Shown piece by piece: positions 1 through 7,985 of a stretch of 64,000 nt of DNA. The DNA is from an uncultured Collinsella sp. (GTDB taxonomy: Bacteria > Actinomycetota > Coriobacteriia > Coriobacteriales > Coriobacteriaceae). Made by a program: the position numbers and the translations under genes. How positions within the stretch are numbered: the stretch's first letter is position 1; every line of letters begins with the position of its first letter. Below the pieces are notes generated by a model, which worked only from the letters and a program-made list of their open reading frames with translations, was not told the DNA's origin and made no database searches. The stretch lies in assembly GCA_902406375.1 (NCBI GenBank), contig CABPDL010000003.1, forward strand, positions 12,125 to 76,124, read 5' to 3'.

Positions 1-275
1 TCGTTTCCAGTGCCGCCACCTGCGGTGCTCTGGTCTACGTCGGCTACCTCATGATGAGCGAGGCCTCCGAGATCGACTGGTCCGACGTGTCGCAGGGTTT
101 CCCGGCGTTCATGATTGTCGCCGGCGTGCCCTTCACCTACTCCATCTCTGCCGGAATCGGCCTGGGCTTTATCGCCTACGTGATCGTCGCGCTCTTTAAG
201 GGCGAGGCCTCCAAGATCAAGCCGCTCATGTGGATCGCAGCCCTTGCCTTCCTCGTCTACTTCTTTGTAGCGTAG
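1..275 (+). CDS. NCS2-family purine (guanine/hypoxanthine, PbuG/PbuO/AzgA-like) permease, C-terminal fragment; 5' end lies outside the window
   Basis: Open from the window edge in the frame of 3..275, stop TAG 273-275. The translation ...VYVGYLMMSEASEIDWSDVSQGFPAFMIVAGVPFTYSISAGIGLGFIAYVIVALFKG... reproduces the conserved last TM helices of PbuG/PbuO-type permeases (LMM..IDWSD..PAF..PFTYSI..GI..GFI.Y). Confidence 0.8.
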   Translation, partial: VSSAATCGALVYVGYLMMSEASEIDWSDVSQGFPAFMIVAGVPFTYSISAGIGLGFIAYVIVALFKGEASKIKPLMWIAALAFLVYFFVA

Positions 276-302
276 CGGCAAAGCTGCCAAAGCAGAACAC
301 CA

Positions 303-342
303 AAGCGCGGAGTCGCATCGAGCGGCTCCGCGCTTTTCTTTT
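303..342 (+). terminator. Rho-independent terminator of the permease gene
   Basis: GC-rich hairpin GCGCGGAG (305-312) / CTCCGCGC (326-333) followed by TTTTCTTTT (334-342). Confidence 0.7.
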
Positions 343-386
343 AAAGCCAGGCAACGCACGGACGCGCGATGTATTGCTTCCCAAGT

Positions 387-421
387 TTTGGACATTTTGC
401 CCTCCAAACGGCACTACCGCC
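387..421 (+). promoter_or_regulatory. Conserved bipartite motif, copy A (TTTGGACATTTTG-N9-CGGCACTACCGCC), 61 nt upstream of the surface-protein start
   Basis: Same two 13-nt blocks at 2425-2459 and 63409-63443, each 61-62 nt upstream of an ATG that opens a secreted protein. The flanking DNA has diverged while the blocks are kept. Confidence 0.5.
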
Positions 422-482
422 GGCTTCATCCTGCAGATATGCTGGGCGTAATCGCATAGGCCCTATGAGGATGGGAGTAACC

Positions 483-2249
483 ATGGCCGCCTTGTTCACG
501 ACCCCCAAGCGCAATGACAAAACCTCTGGAGCCCATTTTGTCGAGCCCGACGTGCGCCGTCGCACGCTGCTCGCACACGGCAGCTGGCGCCGCGTGACGC
601 GCCGCATCGTTGTAGGCGCCGTATGCGCGCTTACGGTGAGCTCGCTGCTCATGCCGAGCGTCTCGCTCGCGGCCGAGTGGGTCAACGTCGGCGGCACTCA
701 GTACAACACTGCAGCAGGCGACGAGGCCGGCACCTGGGCCTGGGACGGCGCCGACGATATGAAGCTCAACGGCTATAACGGCGGCGCGATCGAGGCAGCG
801 GGCAAGCTCAACGTGAGCTACGAGGGCGACAACATCGTCACTAACGGCGACGGCCGCGGCATCAAGGTTAAGGATGGCGCGAACGAGAACGCCGAGCTTA
901 ATATTCAGGGCGACGCGTCCAGCACGCTCAACGTGACATCTTCTCGTGACGCCATCACTTCCGTCGGCAGCATCAACATCGACGGCGCTGGCACTGTCAA
1001 CGCCACGAGCACCGAGCACGATGCCATCGATGCCGGGGGCGATGTCACCATCAAGGGCTCGGGAAACGTTAACGCCACGGGCGATTCGGATGGCATCAGG
1101 GCCGACGGCAACATCACGATCGACAACAGCGGAACCGTCACCGCCAAGGCCACCGAGGATCAGGGTATCGATGCTAACGAGAACCTCATCATAAAGGGCG
1201 GCGGCAAGGTAGAGGCAAGCTCTATCAAAGACAATGCGATTTGGGCCGACGGCAACATCGAGATCTCGGGTGGCAGCCAGGTCAAGGCAAGCTCCGAGGA
1301 AGACGCCGCCATCGACGGTAAAAACAGCCTCACGGTCACGAACGCTTCCCTCAACGCAAGTGGCGTTGGGTATGGCATCTATGTCTACAAGGGCATCACG
1401 TTCGATGGCGCAACCGTAACGGTCCGTGCAAGCGCAGGGAACGATGAAGCCAGCGCCCTCTTCACCGACGAGGACGACATCGTCATCAAGAACGGCTCGA
1501 TCGTGGATGCGTTCGCAGAAGGCCAGTTCTCGACCGCAATCTCCACCAGAAACTACTACCCCAACGAAGCGGGTGGTCACATCTACATTAGTGACTCCGT
1601 TGTCAAGGCTATAGCCCGCTATGTCGAGTCCGGTAGCGACGGCCCCGATCACTACAGCAACGACCAAAGCGGCGCGGTCATTCCCGAGCATAGGGGCGTG
1701 AACATCGGCATCTTTGCCCGGACCAAGGAGGGCATCACGCCCGCGACCATCTCGATTGTCCGCAGTAAGGTCACAGCTGAGGGAGACACGGCGGCAATCT
1801 TCGCCCTTGCCGTGAGCGCGGACGGCGAGACAATCGGCACCATCGAGATCGAAGGCGCTCCCATCCAGACGCCCACAGGCGGCAAGATCATTGGCTATCG
1901 CAACAAGGAAGAACTCGATGACGGCATCTTCTACGTGGTGGGTCAAACCATCGGCACGGGCAACGCTGTGATCGACTCCCCCTATAACGAAGCTGTCGCC
2001 AAGAGCACGGTCATCGCGCCTCCCGAGGAGATCAAACCCGAGGAGAAGCCCGGCGAGACCAAGCCCGAGGGTTCCAAGTCCGAGGGCACGAAGACGACCA
2101 AGACCGTTGCAGTTGCAGCCACGGGAGCCAAGATCGCCGGCAAACTCGCAGCAACCGGCGACGCCTCGAGCGCAGCCATCGTGGCAGCCGCCCTTGCGGG
2201 AACAGCCGCCATCGCCGCGGGCGCCGTGGTGAGCCGCAAGCGCTCGTAA
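483..2249 (+). CDS. Cell-wall-anchored beta-helix-repeat surface protein (adhesin-like), paralog A, LAATG sorting signal
   Basis: ATG 483 preceded by GGGAG (473-477). Signal-like segment RRIVVGAVCALTVSSLLMPSVSLAAEW. Tandem ~23-aa G/N/T/D-rich repeats (DAIDAGGDVTIKGSGNVNATGDS / DGIRADGNITIDNSGTVTAKATED / QGIDANENLIIKGGGKVEASSIKD) typical of right-handed beta-helix passengers. P/E/K-rich stalk (PPEEIKPEEKPGETKPEGSK). C-terminus LAATG + hydrophobic helix + SRKRS. The ORF-track start at 369 is an over-extension. Confidence 0.75.
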   Translation: MAALFTTPKRNDKTSGAHFVEPDVRRRTLLAHGSWRRVTRRIVVGAVCALTVSSLLMPSVSLAAEWVNVGGTQYNTAAGDEAGTWAWDGADDMKLNGYNGGAIEAAGKLNVSYEGDNIVTNGDGRGIKVKDGANENAELNIQGDASSTLNVTSSRDAITSVGSINIDGAGTVNATSTEHDAIDAGGDVTIKGSGNVNATGDSDGIRADGNITIDNSGTVTAKATEDQGIDANENLIIKGGGKVEASSIKDNAIWADGNIEISGGSQVKASSEEDAAIDGKNSLTVTNASLNASGVGYGIYVYKGITFDGATVTVRASAGNDEASALFTDEDDIVIKNGSIVDAFAEGQFSTAISTRNYYPNEAGGHIYISDSVVKAIARYVESGSDGPDHYSNDQSGAVIPEHRGVNIGIFARTKEGITPATISIVRSKVTAEGDTAAIFALAVSADGETIGTIEIEGAPIQTPTGGKIIGYRNKEELDDGIFYVVGQTIGTGNAVIDSPYNEAVAKSTVIAPPEEIKPEEKPGETKPEGSKSEGTKTTKTVAVAATGAKIAGKLAATGDASSAAIVAAALAGTAAIAAGAVVSRKRS

Positions 2250-2271
2250 ACACTTTTTCGCACGGGACGGG

Positions 2272-2316
2272 TGGATCGCGGCCCTTGCCTTCCTCGTCTA
2301 CTTCTTCGTAGCGTAA
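2272..2316 (+). pseudogene. Duplicated remnant of the last 14 codons plus stop of the permease gene (WIAALAFLVYFFVA*)
   Basis: 2272-2316 aligns base for base with 231-275 (offset 2041 nt). Differences are gca>gcg, ttt>ttc and tag>taa. There is no upstream coding continuation in this copy. Confidence 0.7.
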
Positions 2317-2345
2317 GGGCAAGGCTGCAAAAGCTGAACAATAAA

Positions 2346-2381
2346 GCGCGGAGTCGCCATGCGGCCCCGCGCTTTTCTTTT
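2346..2381 (+). terminator. Duplicated copy of the permease terminator; probably terminates surface-protein gene A
   Basis: Hairpin GCGCGG (2346-2351) / CCGCGC (2367-2372) followed by TTTTCTTTT (2373-2381). Homologous to 303-342. Confidence 0.6.
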
Positions 2382-2424
2382 AGCGCCGGTCCCTGCGCCG
2401 GCGTGCGGCCTATTTCTCCCCAAT

Positions 2425-2459
2425 TTTGGCCATTTTGCCCTCCAAACGGCACTACCGCC
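2425..2459 (+). promoter_or_regulatory. Conserved bipartite motif, copy B (TTTGGCCATTTTG-N9-CGGCACTACCGCC)
   Basis: One mismatch to copy A. 61 nt upstream of ATG 2521. Confidence 0.5.
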
Positions 2460-2520
2460 GGCAACATCCAGCAGATACGCTGAATCTAGTCGTATAGGCC
2501 CTATGAGAACGGGAGCAACC

Positions 2521-4305
2521 ATGGCAGCCTTGTTCACGACCCCCAAACGCAATGACACTACCGCCGGAACCCATGTTGCCGAACCCGACGTTCGCCATCG
2601 CATAGGACTCGCGCACGGCAGCTGGCGCCGCGTGACGCGCCGCATCGTCGCGGGCGCCGTGTGCGCGCTCACGGTGAGCTCGCTGCTCATGCCGAGCGTC
2701 TCGCTCGCAGCGGAATGGGTCAAGGTCGGCGGCAACAAGTACAACACCGCGGCGAGCGACGAGGCCGGTACCTGGTCGTGGGACGGCGCCGACGACTTGA
2801 AGCTCAACAACTATAACGGCGGCGAGATCCAGGCCGCAGGCAAGCTCAACGTGAATTACTCGGGAACCAACATCGTCACTGCCGAATGGATCGAAAGCAT
2901 CAACGTTTCTCATGGCACTAACGAGAATGCCGAGCTCAATATCCAAGGCGACGAGGGCGGCACGCTCAGCGTGACATCTACTGAGGACGCTATCCTCTCC
3001 ACGGGTAATATCAACATCGACGGAGCCGGATCCGTCAACGCCACGAGCACTGGGTTTGATGCCATCAATGCCGGAGGTGATCTCGCTATCAAAGGTTCGG
3101 GCAACGTCAACGCCACGGGTGCATCGGATGGCATCAGGGCAAACGGCAATATCACGATTGACGACAGCGGAGCCGTCACCGCCAGGGCTACCAAGGACAA
3201 GGGTATTGGAGCCGACAAGAACCTCACCATCAAGGGTGGCGGGACGGTCGAGGCAAGCTCAGCCGATGGTGAGGCCCTTTGGAGCGGCGGCAATATCAAC
3301 ATCTCGGACGGCGGCCAGGTCAAGGCAAGCTCCGAGAAAGACGCTGCCGTCGAGGCCAAGGGCAGCCTCGCAGCCACAAACGCCTCCCTCAACGTAAACG
3401 GTGTTGAATATGGCGTCTATGCCCACAAGGGCATCACCCTCGATCATGCAAACGTGACGGTCCGTGCAAGTAAAGGCAGATACGGTGGCGCCAACGCCCT
3501 CTTCACCTACCAGGACGACATCGTCGTCAAGAACGGCTCCACCGTGGACGCGTTTGCGGAAGGCGAGGTTTCGGCTGCATTCTCCACCAGAAACGATCGA
3601 CCCAACGAGAAGGGCGGCCACATCTACATCAGCGACTCCGTTGTCAAGGCCATAGCCCGCTATGTCGAGAACGGCGACGGCCCCATCCCCTACAGCGAAA
3701 ACCAAGATGGCGAGACGAGGCGCGAACCCCAAGGCGAGAACATCGGCATCATCGCCCAGACCAGCGAGGGCGTCACACCCGCAGTCATCTCGATCATCCG
3801 CAGCAAGGTAACGGCCGAAGGAGATACAGCGGCAATCTTTGCCCGTGCCATGAGCGCTGACGGCAAGACAATCGGCACCATCAAGATTGAGAACGCCGCC
3901 ATCCAGACGCCCGAAGGCGGCAAGATCATTGACTATCGCAAGCTCCGTGACGGCATCTACGAGGCAGGCCAAGCCATCGGCACGGGCGACGCCACGGTCG
4001 ACTCCCTCTATATCAAAGCAGTCGCCAAAAGTACGACCATCGCACCTCCCGAGGTAGCCAAGCCGGAAGACCCCAAGCCCGACGAGACCAAGCCCGCAGA
4101 AAGCAAGCCCGCGGAGTCCAAGCAGAACCCCAAGCCTGAGGGCTCAAAGCCGACCAAGGCCGTTGCGGCTTCAACCACGAAAGCCAAGACTACCGGCGTG
4201 CTCGCGGCAACCGGCGACACCTCGGGTGCGGCCATCGTGGCAACCGTCCTTGCGGGAACAGCCGCTATCGCCGCAGGCACCATGGCGAGCCGTAAGCGTT
4301 CTTAG
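2521..4305 (+). CDS. Cell-wall-anchored beta-helix-repeat surface protein, paralog B, LAATG sorting signal
   Basis: ATG 2521 preceded by GGGAG (2511-2515). Same architecture as 483-2249: identical signal region (...CALTVSSLLMPSVSLAAEW), the same ~23-aa repeats, a P/K/E stalk (PPEVAKPEDPKPDETKPAESKPAESK), and VLAATGD + hydrophobic helix + SRKRS. Confidence 0.75.
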   Translation: MAALFTTPKRNDTTAGTHVAEPDVRHRIGLAHGSWRRVTRRIVAGAVCALTVSSLLMPSVSLAAEWVKVGGNKYNTAASDEAGTWSWDGADDLKLNNYNGGEIQAAGKLNVNYSGTNIVTAEWIESINVSHGTNENAELNIQGDEGGTLSVTSTEDAILSTGNINIDGAGSVNATSTGFDAINAGGDLAIKGSGNVNATGASDGIRANGNITIDDSGAVTARATKDKGIGADKNLTIKGGGTVEASSADGEALWSGGNINISDGGQVKASSEKDAAVEAKGSLAATNASLNVNGVEYGVYAHKGITLDHANVTVRASKGRYGGANALFTYQDDIVVKNGSTVDAFAEGEVSAAFSTRNDRPNEKGGHIYISDSVVKAIARYVENGDGPIPYSENQDGETRREPQGENIGIIAQTSEGVTPAVISIIRSKVTAEGDTAAIFARAMSADGKTIGTIKIENAAIQTPEGGKIIDYRKLRDGIYEAGQAIGTGDATVDSLYIKAVAKSTTIAPPEVAKPEDPKPDETKPAESKPAESKQNPKPEGSKPTKAVAASTTKAKTTGVLAATGDTSGAAIVATVLAGTAAIAAGTMASRKRS

Positions 4306-4364
4306 ACGCCTCTGCGCACATGGCAGCTCCCGCGAAGGCCCCGAGCCCCAGCACCGTTTAACAA

Positions 4365-4400
4365 CGCCACCGCCGAGCTCCCCTCCGGCGGTGGCGTTTT
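4365..4400 (+). terminator. Rho-independent terminator after surface-protein gene B
   Basis: CGCCACCGCCG (4365-4375) / CGGCGGTGGCG (4386-4396) followed by TTTT (4397-4400). Confidence 0.7.
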
Positions 4401-4512
4401 CCATATGCGTCCGCAGGGGATGCACGAGATTGTCTTTGGTCTAGCCCAACCGGCATACGCTGGCGTGCGACAATTGGGGCTGCCGATATCACAACACTGA
4501 GAGAAGCCCGTC

Positions 4513-5178
4513 ATGGAAGCGCATCAAAAGCAGATAACCGTTTATTCGAATCATACGGAAAGCGCGCCTGTCATCTACCTTCCTGTGGTCGTGGGCGACG
4601 GCAGCGAGGTTTATAAGTGTTGCCGAGAGCTCGACTGTCCGCCATTCGCCCTCGTCACCATTGGCGGGCTCGATTGGAATCGCGAGCTGAGCCCCTGGGC
4701 ATGCGACGGGACCGTACGCGATGCCGAGCCTTTCGGCGGCCAAGCTGCCGATTTTCTTGATGAGCTGCTGAATCAGATAATCCCCCAGGTCGAGTCGTCG
4801 CTTCCTCAGCCGCCCACCCGGCGCGGCATTGCCGGTTACTCGCTCGCGGGCCTCTTCGCACTCTGGTCCCTCTGGCAAACCGACGCCTTTGACCGCGCCG
4901 CGAGCGCATCGGGGTCGCTATGGTTTCCCGACTTTGTCGACCGTGCCAGCACGGCCCCTTTTGCCGGCAGCCCGCAAGCCGTCTACCTGTCACTCGGCAA
5001 AACGGAAACCAAGACGCCCAACCGCATGATGCGGCATGTACTCGACGACACACGCGCGATGGAAGCGTTGCTCGTCGAGCGCGGCATTCCAACAACGCTG
5101 GAGCTCAACCCCGGCAATCACTTTGCCCAAACCGACTTACGCATGGCCCGCGGCATCCACTGGATACTGACACATTAA
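4513..5178 (+). CDS. Alpha/beta-hydrolase, putative esterase (esterase D / enterochelin-esterase-like fold)
   Basis: Nucleophile elbow GYSLAG within RRGIAGYSLAGLFALW. Size (221 aa) and the ...LSLGKTE...NPGNHF... layout are typical of the 'putative esterase' family. Confidence 0.7.
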   Translation: MEAHQKQITVYSNHTESAPVIYLPVVVGDGSEVYKCCRELDCPPFALVTIGGLDWNRELSPWACDGTVRDAEPFGGQAADFLDELLNQIIPQVESSLPQPPTRRGIAGYSLAGLFALWSLWQTDAFDRAASASGSLWFPDFVDRASTAPFAGSPQAVYLSLGKTETKTPNRMMRHVLDDTRAMEALLVERGIPTTLELNPGNHFAQTDLRMARGIHWILTH

Positions 5179-5180
5179 AA

Positions 5181-5224
5181 ATGGTGCCCACACGCATATA
5201 CGCATGGGCACCATATCTTGTTTT
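5181..5224. terminator. Bidirectional hairpin terminator between convergent genes
   Basis: ATGGTGCCCA (5181-5190) / TGGGCACCAT (5205-5214), flanked by AAAA upstream and CTTGTTTT downstream. Confidence 0.6.
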
Positions 5225-5239
5225 AGCTGAACGCAGCTG

Positions 5240-6574
5240 CTACTCAGCAGCCTCCTCAAGCTCGGAGACATCAAACTCAAAGTCGTTACCCGGCAGGATG
5301 GCGTTGAGCACAATGCCCACCAGTGAGCCCACGGCAATGCCGGACAGCGAAATCGTCACGCCGCCGAGCTCCAACACGATGGCGCCGGCGGTGCTGTACG
5401 CGATGCCGAGCGAAAGCACGAGCACCAGCGCGGCAACCAGCACGTTGCGGTTGTTCTGGAAATCGACCTGGTTCTCGATGAGGTTGCGGACGCCCACAGC
5501 GCTGATCATGCCGTAGAGCACGAGCGACACACCGCCGATCACACACGCCGGCATGGCCGCAATGACAGCCGCGAACTTGGGGCAGAACGAAAGCACGATG
5601 GCGCAACACGCGGCAATTCGAATTACGCGCGGGTCGAACACGCGCGTCAGGGCGAGCACGCCGGTGTTCTCACCATACGTAGTGTTGGCCGGAGCGCCAA
5701 AGAGCGAAGCCAGAATCGTGGCAAGGCCGTCGCCGAGCAGCGTGCGATGCAGACCGGGATCGGCAATGTAGTTGCACTCGCAAGTCGAACCGATAGCTGA
5801 GATATCGCCGATATGCTCGATCATGGTCGCGAAGGCCAGCGGCATGATGGTGATGATGGCCGTCGTGGCAAGACCGCTATCGAACTGCGGCCCAAAGAGT
5901 GCAAACACGGTGTTGTCCCACACGATGGGCAGACCGACCCACGGAGCGGCGGCAACGCCCGAGAAATCAACCTCGCCGAGCGCAGCCGCAACGGCATAGC
6001 TCACCACAACGCCCAGCAAAATCGGCACGATCTTGACCATGCCACGGCCCCAGATGTTGCAGATGACGATAACGGCAACGCCAATGACAGCCACAAGCCA
6101 GTTGGTCTGGCAGTTAGCAATAGCGGAACTTGCCAGGATCAAGCCGATGGAAATGACGATGGGGCCAGTCACCACCGGCGGAAAGAAACGCATGACGCGC
6201 TTGGCGCCAAACGCGCGGAAGAGCGCCGCCAGCACCGGATAAAGCAGACCGGCGCAGGCTACGCCCAGGCAGGCGTAGGGCAAAAGCTCGGTCTCGCCGT
6301 TGGGCGCGATTGCGGCATAACCGGCAATAAAGGCAAACGATGAGCCCAAAAATGCCGGCACCTTACCGCGCGACAAGAAGTGGAACAGTAGCGTGCCCAA
6401 GCCGGCAAACAAAAGCGTCGCCGAAACCGAGAGACCGGTGAGCACGGGCACGAGCACCGTGGCACCGAACATCGCGAATAGATGCTGCAGACCGAGTAGA
6501 AACATGCGCGGGCGGCCGAGCGACGACGCATCGTAGATGGCATCGGCGACGGCGGGCGTCGAGGACTGGGACAT
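5240..6574 (-). CDS. Uracil/xanthine permease (NCS2 family, UraA/PyrP-like)
   Basis: Start re-picked at ATG 6574 (RBS AAAGGA upstream). MSQSSTPAV...RMFLLGLQHLFAMFGATVLVPVLTG...GKVPAFLGSSFAFI... is the hallmark N-terminus of uracil permeases. About 12 predicted TM helices. Confidence 0.85.
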   Translation of the reverse strand: MSQSSTPAVADAIYDASSLGRPRMFLLGLQHLFAMFGATVLVPVLTGLSVSATLLFAGLGTLLFHFLSRGKVPAFLGSSFAFIAGYAAIAPNGETELLPYACLGVACAGLLYPVLAALFRAFGAKRVMRFFPPVVTGPIVISIGLILASSAIANCQTNWLVAVIGVAVIVICNIWGRGMVKIVPILLGVVVSYAVAAALGEVDFSGVAAAPWVGLPIVWDNTVFALFGPQFDSGLATTAIITIMPLAFATMIEHIGDISAIGSTCECNYIADPGLHRTLLGDGLATILASLFGAPANTTYGENTGVLALTRVFDPRVIRIAACCAIVLSFCPKFAAVIAAMPACVIGGVSLVLYGMISAVGVRNLIENQVDFQNNRNVLVAALVLVLSLGIAYSTAGAIVLELGGVTISLSGIAVGSLVGIVLNAILPGNDFEFDVSELEEAAE

Positions 6575-6696
6575 GGATGTCCTTTCGAATGGAAGGGCGA
6601 TCAGGCATATCGGATAACCTGCCCGAACGATACGATCCGAACCATTGTACGCGATACGCCATGCCTCGCACGCACCGTCACCTGCGAACGTTACCG

Positions 6697-7830
6697 CTAT
6701 TTCCAAACGCGCTCGGCAACGCGCTTGACCAGCGCGATCTTTGCCCATTGCTCGTCCTCGGTCAGCTTGTTGCCAATCTCGCAGCTGGCAAAACCGCACT
6801 GGGGCGACAGATACAGGTTCTCGAGCGGCACGTACTTTGCAGCCTCGCGGATGCGCTCGACGACAGCATCCTCCTCCTCAAGCTCAGCGACCTTGGTGGT
6901 CACCAGGCCCAACACGACCTTCTTGCCGGGGGCAACATACTTCAGCGGCTCAAAACCACCGGCGCGCGGCGTATCGAACTCCAGGTAAAATGCGTCGACA
7001 TCCTCGTTTGCGAACAGGTACGGTGCGATGGGGTCATAGCCACCCTCGAAGGCATAGGTAGAGTGGTAGTTACCGCGGCACACGTGCGTGTTAATGACCA
7101 GGTCGTCGGGCTTACCCTCGATAGCGGCGTTGTTGAGCGTCACGCCCAGCTCGCTTACCTTTTGCAGGTCGACCGGGCTCATGCCGGTCTTGGACACAAA
7201 GTCGGTATCGCAGTAGATGCCCCAGGTGCAGTCATCAAACTGGATGTTGCGGCAGCCTGCTGCGTACAGGTCGGCGATCACCGTGCGATAAGCGGCTGCA
7301 ATGGCGTCGGCAAGTTCCTCATCGGTCTTATAGACAGCACGCAGGCTCTCCTGCTGGCCGTCGCAGCGATCGAGCGTGACCTCAGAGAACGTCTGGATCG
7401 GTGCCGGGATGGTCTGGCGTGCAACGTGGCCCTCGCCCTCAAGTGCCTTGACAAACTTAAAGTGCTCGACGAAAGGGTGGTTCTCGCCGCTGATGGGGCC
7501 GGTCACCACGGCGGTATCGGCCGTGGTCTCCTCGTCGTGGAACATATAGCCCGTACGCGAGGTACGGCGTTCAATGCCGTTGAGCCCCCACATAAAGTCG
7601 AGGTGCCAGTAACTGCGGCGGAACTCGCCATCGGTAATCACCTGCAGGCCAGCGGCCTTTTGCTTGTCCACCAAGTCGCGAATGGCCTCATCCTCGACGG
7701 CCTTAAGGCCGTCGTCATCGAGCGTGCCCGCGGCGTAGGCGGCACGGGCGTCCTTCACGGCCTGCGGACGAAGAAAACTGCCGACGATATCGGCGCGAAA
7801 TGGCGCGTTCGGTTGAATCGAAGTACTCAT
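6697..7830 (-). CDS. Cobalamin-independent methionine synthase family protein (MetE C-terminal-domain-like, about 378 aa)
   Basis: Start ATG 7830 with RBS GGGAG. ...FRADIVGSFLRPQ...ITDGEFRRSYWHLDF... Zn-ligand motifs NTHVCRGNYHS and SPQCGFAS are characteristic of the Meth_synt_2 fold. Confidence 0.8.
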   Translation of the reverse strand: MSTSIQPNAPFRADIVGSFLRPQAVKDARAAYAAGTLDDDGLKAVEDEAIRDLVDKQKAAGLQVITDGEFRRSYWHLDFMWGLNGIERRTSRTGYMFHDEETTADTAVVTGPISGENHPFVEHFKFVKALEGEGHVARQTIPAPIQTFSEVTLDRCDGQQESLRAVYKTDEELADAIAAAYRTVIADLYAAGCRNIQFDDCTWGIYCDTDFVSKTGMSPVDLQKVSELGVTLNNAAIEGKPDDLVINTHVCRGNYHSTYAFEGGYDPIAPYLFANEDVDAFYLEFDTPRAGGFEPLKYVAPGKKVVLGLVTTKVAELEEEDAVVERIREAAKYVPLENLYLSPQCGFASCEIGNKLTEDEQWAKIALVKRVAERVWK

Positions 7831-7985
7831 AGATATCTCCCTTTGCATTGGTTGCTTTACTGGGACAGAGTATGAGCGCTCATATGGCCATCGCAAAATA
7901 TACGTTTATAACAGTTTGATATAGATGCTTCCTATATCAGTTTGGACTGCCATAAAGAGATTTGGCCCGTGCAGAATGCAGCAGT

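Noticed and set aside
387-421. Reading the bipartite motif as a sigma-54 (-24/-12) or canonical sigma-70 promoter.
   Set aside because: GG and GC elements are not at the required 10-11-nt spacing for sigma-54. TTGGAC-N18-CACTAC gives a very poor -10 hexamer. I therefore leave the mechanism open.
369-482. 5' extensions of the two surface-protein ORFs (track starts 369 and 2359), including the recurring peptide FGHFALQTALPPA.
   Set aside because: The extension crosses the conserved non-coding motif. The GGGAG RBS and the signal peptide support the ATGs at 483 and 2521. The third motif copy (63409-63443) is followed by a stop in that frame, so the conservation is at the DNA or RNA level, not the protein level.
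426-1946. Long antisense or alternative-frame ORFs overlapping recognised genes. Examples: 426-1946(-), 3259-3972(-), 6577-7875(+), 10083-10943(-), 10907-12007(-), 11943-13097(+), 18700-20037(-), 22630-23313(+), 23686-24465(+), 25647-26555(+), 27213-28427(+), 35259-37118(+), 37299-38117(+), 42897-43922(+), 48951-50048(+), 52210-53151(+), 55499-57406(+).
   Set aside because: Each lies opposite or out of frame to a gene with clear family motifs. Their translations are Arg/Ala/Gly/His-rich low-complexity strings typical of shadow ORFs in ~60% GC DNA, and they lack RBS-start arrangements.
6575-6696. Riboswitch or attenuator upstream of the uracil permease gene (PyrR site or purine riboswitch), and upstream of the MetE-like gene at 7831-7985 (SAM or B12 riboswitch).
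   Set aside because: I could not find the conserved cores: the PyrR loop ARUCCAGAGAGG, the purine three-way junction, the B12 box or SAM motifs. The metE-like leader is simply AT-rich with palindromes.
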